Source: Candidatus Fraserbacteria bacterium RBG_16_55_9 | Lineage (GTDB): Bacteria > Bipolaricaulota > Bipolaricaulia > RBG-16-55-9 | Direction of reading: 5' to 3' | DNA length: 24,970 bases | NCBI GenBank assembly: GCA_001778455.1 | Contig: MFGX01000122.1 | Span: 1-24,970, forward strand | In this document: in pieces, positions 1 through 5,409 of the stretch | How positions within the stretch are numbered: the first letter of the stretch is position 1 | Layout: the number at the start of each line of letters is the position of its first letter | Program-made: the position numbers and the translations under genes | Notes under the pieces: model-generated | Told to the model about the DNA's origin: nothing | What the model saw: only the letters and a program-made list of their open reading frames with translations | Database searches by the model: none

Positions 1-223
1 CAGGATCGTAGTTAAGGAGCGGCACATTATGCTCAGCCATGAGCGCAAGCATCTGCCGATAGGTTACGCCTAAAACATCCGCAGCGTAGCGTATGGTTAT
101 CTCCCCCTCTTGGATGAGGGCGAGCAAGATGGATTGGAGTGCTTTAGTCTCGGCTTGCTTTTTGGAGCCCAGAGTTTCCAGTAGCTCCTCTGGTACATGC
201 AGCTCCACTTTCTTGAGCGCCAT
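1..223 (-). CDS. UPF0175-family protein (putative antitoxin-like HTH protein), runs off the left edge of the window
   Basis: Not in the ORF track because no stop lies in the window. Manual translation from ATG at 223 gives MALKKVELHVPEELLETLGSKKQAETKALQSILLALIQEGEITIRYAADVLGVTYRQMLALMAEHNVPLLNYDP... The segment 'L.QEG.IT...AA..LGV....ML.LM..HNVP...YD' matches my recollection of UPF0175. SD AAAGGAGAGG lies just upstream on the minus strand. Confidence 0.75.
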   Translation of the reverse strand, partial: MALKKVELHVPEELLETLGSKKQAETKALQSILLALIQEGEITIRYAADVLGVTYRQMLALMAEHNVPLLNYDP

Positions 224-287
224 TGCAACCTCTCCTTTGGATTGGACTATACTAACGGTTCCATAGGTCGTCGGTGTCGGTCGTTTA

Positions 288-315
288 AGTGTAGCAGTTT
301 CGGGTGCGGTGTCAA
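288..315 (-). promoter_or_regulatory. sigma70-type promoter for the UPF0175 gene, pointing away from oriC
   Basis: Minus strand reads TTGACA (315-310), 16 bp, TACACT (293-288), with TGC immediately before the -10 (extended -10). Confidence 0.65.
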
Positions 316-416
316 TGGCCTCCCCTTTGAAGAACAACCCCGACAAACGGTCCGGGTCGTCATGGCACCAATCGCGCATCATAAGATGCAATTGAGAATT
401 CATTTTATTCTTCCCC

Positions 417-616
417 TGTGGATAACCCTGTGGAAAACCCTGTTAAAAACCTGTGGAAAACTCACCCCATGCTGTGGAAAACCCCTGTGGAAAACTCCCC
501 ACCCAAGTTATCCACAGAAGTTATCCACAAGCGAGAGCCACTTTTCCACAACTTTTCCACAGCTCATTCCACAGGCGATCTTCAATTCTCATCAAGCGAA
601 AAGCCACTTTCCCACA
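417..616. repeat. Array of about 12 DnaA boxes (9-mer TT[AT]TCCACA) in two oppositely oriented groups
   Basis: Nine copies match the consensus TT(A/T)TNCACA or its reverse complement, and three are near-matches. Six face left (417-494) and six face right (508-616). Confidence 0.92.
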
Positions 617-630
617 GGATGAACGCCCCT

Positions 631-645
631 CTACTACTACTACTA
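631..645. promoter_or_regulatory. DnaA-trio tract (3'-GAT-5' x5 on the bottom strand)
   Basis: Top strand CTACTACTACTACTA lies 14 bp after the last DnaA box and a GC-rich patch (CGCCCC), and directly before an AT-rich run. This is the layout of the Bacillus subtilis basal unwinding system. Confidence 0.8.
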
Positions 646-710
646 GTTAATAAATATATATCTGTAGTCGTTGTTGTAAGGCCTCAGCTAGCCTAAGGGC
701 CAGAATGGCT

Positions 711-739
711 TTGTCTTGTATGGGAACTCCAAGTACAAT
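711..739 (+). promoter_or_regulatory. sigma70-type promoter for dciA and the GT4 gene, probably giving a leaderless mRNA
   Basis: TTGTCT (711-716), 17 bp, TACAAT (734-739). The ATG at 748 is 8 nt after the -10 and has no SD upstream. Confidence 0.6.
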
Positions 740-747
740 CTAGACCG

Positions 748-1290
748 ATGAGCACAATCACCCTAACAGAGATCCGTCGTATCTTTGAAAGACAAGGCTT
801 GGGGAAAGAATTCATAGAACAGGAACCGATGCTTCTCTGGTCTAGAGTCGTAGGTCAGCAGATGAGTCGACTGACGCAGCCTCTTCGAATTCGTCAAGGA
901 GTGCTCTATGTTGAGGCCACGAACCACGTAGTTGCCCAGCAGCTCAACCTAATGAAAAACGCCTATCTCAACAAACTCAATGGGCTCTTGAGCGAAGGGC
1001 GGCTGATGGATCTACGCTTCCGGGTGGGAGGACTCTCACAGCCCCTGGCCCAAGACCCACCCGAGGGAGAGCAGGTGAGCTTGCTGGAACGAGAGAAGCT
1101 GGAGCAGCTTCTCGACGAAGCGAAAGATCCTCAGCTTAGAAAAGCGTTTGAGTGTGTGATTCTCGCACTTGCCAAAAGAGATCGTGATAGAGCGGCCCGT
1201 GGCTACGCGCGGTGTGAGGTCTGCGGCGTCCACCACGACAGCGAGGGCCGGATCTGTTATTACTGCCAACAAGAAGGGCAGACCCTGTGA
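748..1290 (+). CDS. dciA: DUF721/DciA-family protein (replicative helicase loader candidate) with C-terminal Zn ribbon
   Basis: DUF721-like core 'LWSRVVGQQMSRLTQPLRIRQGVLYVEATNHVVAQQL...KLN...DLRFRVG'. C-terminal CEVC...CYYC Zn ribbon as in COG5512-type proteins. Directly adjacent to oriC. Confidence 0.78.
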   Translation: MSTITLTEIRRIFERQGLGKEFIEQEPMLLWSRVVGQQMSRLTQPLRIRQGVLYVEATNHVVAQQLNLMKNAYLNKLNGLLSEGRLMDLRFRVGGLSQPLAQDPPEGEQVSLLEREKLEQLLDEAKDPQLRKAFECVILALAKRDRDRAARGYARCEVCGVHHDSEGRICYYCQQEGQTL

Positions 1291-2459
1291 CGCTGACCAT
1301 TGGTTTCTTCACAGACACGTATGTGCCCCAGATCAACGGTGTGGCAACTCTCTTGCCCCTCTTGGATCGGCTGCTGACCCAGCAGGGGCACCGAGTCTAC
1401 ACATTCGCTCCTTCGTACCACGGGCATCGCTGGAGCCGAGAGGGTGAGCGAGTCTTTCGATTCCCCGCACTCAAGTTCCTCTATCACAAAGAGAGCCGTG
1501 TCACGATCCCGTATCACCGGGAAGCATGGCGGGCGTTTCAAGAGCTCGACGTGATCCATAGCCATACACCCTTTTCGCTTGGAATTCTCGCGATACGCAT
1601 CTCTCGAAGACAGAAAGTCCCGCACGTTCATACGTATCACACGCTCTTCACGGAATACCTGCACTACCTTCCCAAGTATCTACGGCCGACACCGACAATG
1701 GTCGGGCGAATCAGCTCTGCGTTTTGTAATCGCTGTGATGCCGTGACGGCTCCCTCCAATCCGATGAAAGAGGAACTCGTTTCCTATGGGATTACCGTTC
1801 CCATCCACACCTTGCCCTTCGGGATGGATCTGGAGCGTTTCACGGGGCCACCTCAAGTCGATGTGCGAAAGGAATGGCAAATTCAGGAAGGCGAGCGCCT
1901 GCTGCTCTGTGCTGGGCGTCTCTCCCGCGAGAAGAATGTTTCATTTCTTCTTCAGGCCTTCCCACGGGCGCTCCGGCGTTTGCCTGGCTTAAAGCTCATC
2001 ATTGTGGGCGACGGTCCCGCCCGAGGCGAGCTGGAACGCGAGGCGAGAGAGCTGGGCATCGCTGCACAGGTGATCTTCACGGGTTATCTACCCTGGGTGA
2101 CCCTCATCGACTACTATAAGAGCGCAGATCTCTTCGTCTATGCCTCCAAGACGGAAGCTCAAGGGATCGTCTTTGTGGAGGCCTTGGCCAGTGGGCTCCC
2201 TGTGGTGGCTGTAGGGGAGATGGGGGCCTTGGAGGCCATAGACCATGGAGTGAACGGGCTCTTGGTGAAAGACAACAAAGACGAGTTCGTAGAGGCCGTG
2301 GTGGGGCTGCTGGGCGATGAGGCACGCATGGTCGAGATGCGTCGCGCAGCCCTGCAGCGTGCCGAGAAGACGAGCATCCAACATTCCATCGAAACCCTCC
2401 ATGGGATCTATCATCAAATGCTCGAAACACGCCAATCCGTGGGCCAAGCCAGGCGATAG
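1287..2459 (+). CDS. GT4-family glycosyltransferase (resembles diacylglycerol glucosyltransferase-like enzymes)
   Basis: N-terminal IGFFTDTYVPQINGV, HSHTPFSLG, HTYHT, GRLSREKN and the E-x7-E motif EAQGIVFVE. GTG start overlaps the dciA stop (GTGA). Confidence 0.88.
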   Translation: MTLTIGFFTDTYVPQINGVATLLPLLDRLLTQQGHRVYTFAPSYHGHRWSREGERVFRFPALKFLYHKESRVTIPYHREAWRAFQELDVIHSHTPFSLGILAIRISRRQKVPHVHTYHTLFTEYLHYLPKYLRPTPTMVGRISSAFCNRCDAVTAPSNPMKEELVSYGITVPIHTLPFGMDLERFTGPPQVDVRKEWQIQEGERLLLCAGRLSREKNVSFLLQAFPRALRRLPGLKLIIVGDGPARGELEREARELGIAAQVIFTGYLPWVTLIDYYKSADLFVYASKTEAQGIVFVEALASGLPVVAVGEMGALEAIDHGVNGLLVKDNKDEFVEAVVGLLGDEARMVEMRRAALQRAEKTSIQHSIETLHGIYHQMLETRQSVGQARR

Positions 2460-2465
2460 TTTTTC

Positions 2466-2494
2466 TTGCGGGTCTCTGGGGGGTATGTTAGAAT
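2466..2494 (+). promoter_or_regulatory. sigma70-type promoter for hslVU
   Basis: TTGCGG (2466-2471), 17 bp, TAGAAT (2489-2494), with extended -10 TGT. The ATG at 2505 is 10 nt downstream with no SD. Confidence 0.6.
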
Positions 2495-2504
2495 GCCGCT
2501 TGCT

Positions 2505-3047
2505 ATGCGAATCCGCGGGACCACAATCCTGGCCATTCGATCCGAAGAAGAGCGAAAGGCGGTAGTCGCCGCCGACGGCCAAGCGACCATGAAGAATCAA
2601 ATCCTTAAGAGCACCATTCGAAAAGTGCACAAGATCTACGATAACCAGGTGTTGGTGGGCTTTGCAGGTACGACGGCGGACTCTCTTACGCTCTTTGAAC
2701 GCTTCGAGGGCAAGCTCAAGGATTGCGGCGGAAACCTAAAGAAAGCGGCTGTGGAACTGACCAAGGACTGGCGCTCGGATCGCGTGCTGCGCCGCTTGCA
2801 AGCCTTGATGGCCGTCGCAAGCCGTCAAGGGCTGCTGCTCATCTCCGGCTCCGGTGACGTGCTCGAACCCGATGACGGGATGGTTGGCCTGGGAAGCGGC
2901 GGTGCTTATGCGCTCTCTGCTGCCAGGGCCCTTCGACAAGAGACTCGTCTACCCATCCGCGAGATTGCCGAAAAGGCCTTGAAAATCGCAGGCGCGATCG
3001 ACATCTACACCAACCAAGAGATCACGATCGAAGAACTGGAATGGTAA
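2505..3047 (+). CDS. hslV: ATP-dependent protease subunit HslV (ClpQ)
   Basis: MRIRG-TTILAIR (short propeptide then catalytic Thr), ADGQAT, RKV, GFAGTTAD, GSGG, IDIYTN. Start moved from the track's 2466, which is the promoter -35, to ATG 2505. Confidence 0.95.
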   Translation: MRIRGTTILAIRSEEERKAVVAADGQATMKNQILKSTIRKVHKIYDNQVLVGFAGTTADSLTLFERFEGKLKDCGGNLKKAAVELTKDWRSDRVLRRLQALMAVASRQGLLLISGSGDVLEPDDGMVGLGSGGAYALSAARALRQETRLPIREIAEKALKIAGAIDIYTNQEITIEELEW

Positions 3048-3050
3048 GCT

Positions 3051-4421
3051 ATGAGTGAAATCATGGAGACCCAGCGTGCCGAGAGGCTCGATGCGCTTAG
3101 CCCGAAAGAGATCGTAGCCGAGCTGGACAAGTACATCGTCGGTCAGCGTGAGGCGAAGCGGGCCGTAGCTATCGCTCTTCGAAACCGCATTCGTCGCCAG
3201 CGAGTGCAGGGACCCCTGCGCCAGGAGATCCAGCCGAAAAATATCTTGATGATCGGTCCCACCGGCGTCGGCAAGACAGAAATCTCTCGACGCTTGGCGA
3301 AGCTGACTTCGTGCCCATTCTTGAAAGTGGAAGCGACGAAATTTACGGAGATCGGCTACGTAGGGCGCGATGTGGACTCGATGATCCGCGATCTGATTGA
3401 AGTGAGTTTGGGCATGGCCCGCGAGGAGGAGATTAAGCGCGTCGAGGTGGAAGCCCGCCGCCTGGTGGAGGAGCGCATCTTGGATGCACTCCTTCCCCGG
3501 CCCACGAGCACAGCGGAAGAGCGTGAAGCTTCGTTTGAAAACACTCGGGAGAAATTCCGCGAGAAGCTGTGTGCGGGCGAGCTGGAGGATCGCTACATCG
3601 AGATTCGCGCCCAAGAGTCCTCTCTTCCGAAGATCAACGTCTTCTCCAATGAAGGCCTGGAACAGATTGGCATCGATCTCAGCGTGATGGCCGATCTTAT
3701 GCCCCAGCGTACGGTGACCAAGAAACTCAAGATTCAGGAAGCGAGAGAACTTCTCTTCAATCAAGAAGCGGACAAACTTCTCAATCATGAAGAGATCCGG
3801 CGCCGTGGGCTCCAGCGTGCTGAAGAAACCGGGATCATCTTCATTGATGAGATCGATAAGCTGGGTGCTGGAGGACGCGAGGAGCGCCACGGTCCTGGCG
3901 TTTCGCGTCAGGGAGTGCAGCGCGATCTTCTGCCCCTACTCGATGGCACGACGGTCCGCACTCGTCACGGTCATATCTCGACAGGGAATATTTTATTCAT
4001 CGCGGCGGGGGCATTCACGATGGCGAAGCCCTCGGACCTCATCCCGGAACTTCAGGGGCGTCTTCCCATTCGTGTGGAACTCCATCCCTTGGTTGAAGAG
4101 GACTTGCAGCGCATCTTGACGGAGCCAGAAGATTCTTTAGTCAAACAATATCAGGCACTACTGGCTGTGGAAAATCTACAACTGGAGTTCACGGATGCAG
4201 CGATCCGCGAGATCGCGCGTATTGCCCATCGTCTCAACGAGTCGATGGAGAACATCGGCGCGCGCCGCTTGCAGACGGTGATGGAGAAGCTGATGGAGGA
4301 TATCTCGTTTGATACGGTGGATCTTCTCGAGAGCCGAAAATTCACTGTGGAAGCCGACTACGTAAATGAAAAACTCGTTCACATCGCGGAAGACCTTGAT
4401 TTGAGTCGGTATATTCTCTAG
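3051..4421 (+). CDS. hslU: ATP-dependent protease ATPase subunit HslU (ClpY)
   Basis: ELDKYIVGQ, Walker A GPTGVGKTE, pore loop GYVG, Walker B FIDEIDK, GVQRDLLP, IGARRL and C-terminal DLSRYIL. Confidence 0.97.
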   Translation: MSEIMETQRAERLDALSPKEIVAELDKYIVGQREAKRAVAIALRNRIRRQRVQGPLRQEIQPKNILMIGPTGVGKTEISRRLAKLTSCPFLKVEATKFTEIGYVGRDVDSMIRDLIEVSLGMAREEEIKRVEVEARRLVEERILDALLPRPTSTAEEREASFENTREKFREKLCAGELEDRYIEIRAQESSLPKINVFSNEGLEQIGIDLSVMADLMPQRTVTKKLKIQEARELLFNQEADKLLNHEEIRRRGLQRAEETGIIFIDEIDKLGAGGREERHGPGVSRQGVQRDLLPLLDGTTVRTRHGHISTGNILFIAAGAFTMAKPSDLIPELQGRLPIRVELHPLVEEDLQRILTEPEDSLVKQYQALLAVENLQLEFTDAAIREIARIAHRLNESMENIGARRLQTVMEKLMEDISFDTVDLLESRKFTVEADYVNEKLVHIAEDLDLSRYIL

Positions 4422-4602
4422 TCAAGGGTGCTCTCGACTACTCCATTCAATTCAACGTTCACTTGAGTGATTGATGCGGCACTACTGACATTATTCAACG
4501 ATCTCCAATTGCATTAGCCCTGGTACGTGTTGCCATGCGCTCCTAATAACGTACTGTCAATCTTCGCGCAAATTCTAGTATCATCGATTACTCACACGGA
4601 GC

Positions 4603-4644
4603 TTGCCCTAAACTCCAAATCGTATATACTGTACGTATGTACAG
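4603..4644 (+). promoter_or_regulatory. Putative promoter of the toxin-antitoxin operon with an overlapping palindromic operator
   Basis: TTGCCC (4603-4608), 16 bp, TATACT (4625-4630). The inverted repeat CTGTAC-GTAT-GTACAG (4629-4644) covers the end of the -10 and the predicted start site. Confidence 0.55.
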
Positions 4645-4667
4645 CAAGGAGGGAGTGTCATCCCTCT

Positions 4668-4946
4668 ATGGAATTCTATATCAGCGAATTCGACTGGGAT
4701 GAAGCCAACGCAGGGCATATCCAAGAGCGGCATCAAGTTTCTGCAGCGGAAGTGGAACAATGCTTCTCCAATCGTCGTAAAATCACGAAGAAACCTGGAT
4801 CACAAGATCGCTTTTATCTCTTTAGCAAAACGGATGGAGGCCGGCATCTTTTCATTGTGTTTCAATACAAAGGGTTAGGCATCGTTCGTCCGATCAGCGC
4901 TCGAGACATGGATAAACGTGAGCGCAAGTTCTACGAGAATCCTTGA
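4668..4946 (+). CDS. brnT: BrnT-family toxin (DUF497 ribonuclease, type II TA)
   Basis: FDWDEANAGHIQERHQVSAAEVEQCF ... RHLFIVF ... IVRPISARDMDKRERKFYE matches the BrnT pattern (F.WD..N...N..KH.V...E ... R.ISAR...E...Y). SD AAGGAGG at 4646-4652. Start moved from the track's 4527 to ATG 4668 (92 aa). Confidence 0.88.
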   Translation: MEFYISEFDWDEANAGHIQERHQVSAAEVEQCFSNRRKITKKPGSQDRFYLFSKTDGGRHLFIVFQYKGLGIVRPISARDMDKRERKFYENP

Positions 4947-4958
4947 GAAGGAGGGAAC

Positions 4959-5273
4959 ATGAAGAGAGTGCGGAAAGAAAAGAAGCTTACGATCCCAAAT
5001 TTCAAGTCGGAGCCAGAAGAGCAGGAATTCTGGGCCACGCATAGCGCAATTGACTATGAAATGGAGCAGGTGGAAGCCGAGGTCCGTGTGGACCTCATGG
5101 CGCGGACGCGGCTGGTCAGTCTGCGCTTGCCCCAGCGCCTGATCGCGGATCTGAAAGAGATCGCCGAAGCAGAGGGCTTGCCGTATCAGACACTGATGAA
5201 ACTGTGCTTGCAGAGATTTGTCGAGGTGCGTAAGACCAAGCAGCATCGAGTGCTCCAAGCCGCTCGTCGATAA
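4959..5273 (+). CDS. brnA: BrnA/CopG-like antitoxin with C-terminal ribbon-helix-helix domain
   Basis: IPNFKSEPEEQEFWATH (antitoxin N-terminal motif) and VSLRLPQRLIADLKEIAEAEGLPYQTLM (RHH). Strong SD GAAGGAGG. Lies directly after brnT. Confidence 0.85.
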   Translation: MKRVRKEKKLTIPNFKSEPEEQEFWATHSAIDYEMEQVEAEVRVDLMARTRLVSLRLPQRLIADLKEIAEAEGLPYQTLMKLCLQRFVEVRKTKQHRVLQAARR

Positions 5274-5304
5274 CAGCAGCAAAGTCCGCGTGATTCAGTG
5301 TCTC

Positions 5305-5333
5305 TTGCCCTCGTGCTGAAAACCTCGTAATAT
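5305..5333 (+). promoter_or_regulatory. Putative sigma70 promoter for thrS
   Basis: TTGCCC (5305-5310), 17 bp, TAATAT (5328-5333). Implies a leader of about 70 nt. Confidence 0.5.
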
Positions 5334-5409
5334 GGCTTCATCTTGCCAGCGGGGGCGGCCCGCAAGGTGACGGCCTGTCCGGTCCGCTGGTCACACCAAG
5401 GTGATTCAT

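Larger units (their letters stand above)
417..661. other. oriC: Chromosomal replication origin (oriC): DnaA-box array, DnaA-trios and AT-rich unwinding element
   Basis: Boxes read TGTGGATAA/TGTGGAAAA at 417, 429, 452, 473, 486 (degenerate TGTTAAAAA at 441) and TTATCCACA/TTTTCCACA at 508, 521, 542, 553 (degenerate CATTCCACA at 565, TTTCCCACA at 608). A CTA x5 run (631-645) and AT-rich TTAATAAATATATAT (647-661) follow. Flanking genes are transcribed away from this site on both sides. Confidence 0.9.

Noticed and set aside
417-616. Repeat array that might be taken for a CRISPR array or plasmid iterons
   Set aside because: The repeats are 9-mers with 2-13 bp spacers in two orientations and match the DnaA consensus. 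No cas or rep gene is nearby.
197-696. Three overlapping plus-strand ORFs (197-622, 418-696, 453-650) with repetitive translations
   Set aside because: Their repeats (LWKT, PVEN, CGK) are translations of DnaA boxes. They have no SD or family motifs, and the region is better explained as oriC.
2440-2466. Possible intrinsic terminator after the GT4 gene (T-run at 2460-2464)
   Set aside because: Only a 3-bp stem can form upstream of the T-run, which is too weak.
2466-2504. N-terminal extension of HslV (MRVSGGYVRMPLA)
   Set aside because: The TTG is the promoter -35. The family pattern of a short propeptide before TT supports ATG 2505.
2460-2505. Heat-shock operator (CIRCE) upstream of hslVU
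   Set aside because: No TTAGCACTC-N9-GAGTGCTAA-like inverted repeat is present.
2949-3890. 313-aa antisense ORF over hslU
   Set aside because: Shadow ORF opposite a conserved gene, with no recognisable motifs. Expected from codon bias in GC-rich DNA.
4527-4667. 47-residue N-terminal extension of the toxin ORF given by the track
   Set aside because: It runs through the promoter and operator. The BrnT-like sequence and the SD begin at ATG 4668.
4422-5300. Insertion sequence or integrative element around brnTA
   Set aside because: No transposase or integrase, terminal inverted repeats or target-site duplication could be found.
5340-5409. T-box riboswitch upstream of thrS
   Set aside because: The leader is only about 70 nt and has no specifier stem, no UGGNACC antiterminator bulge and no terminator.
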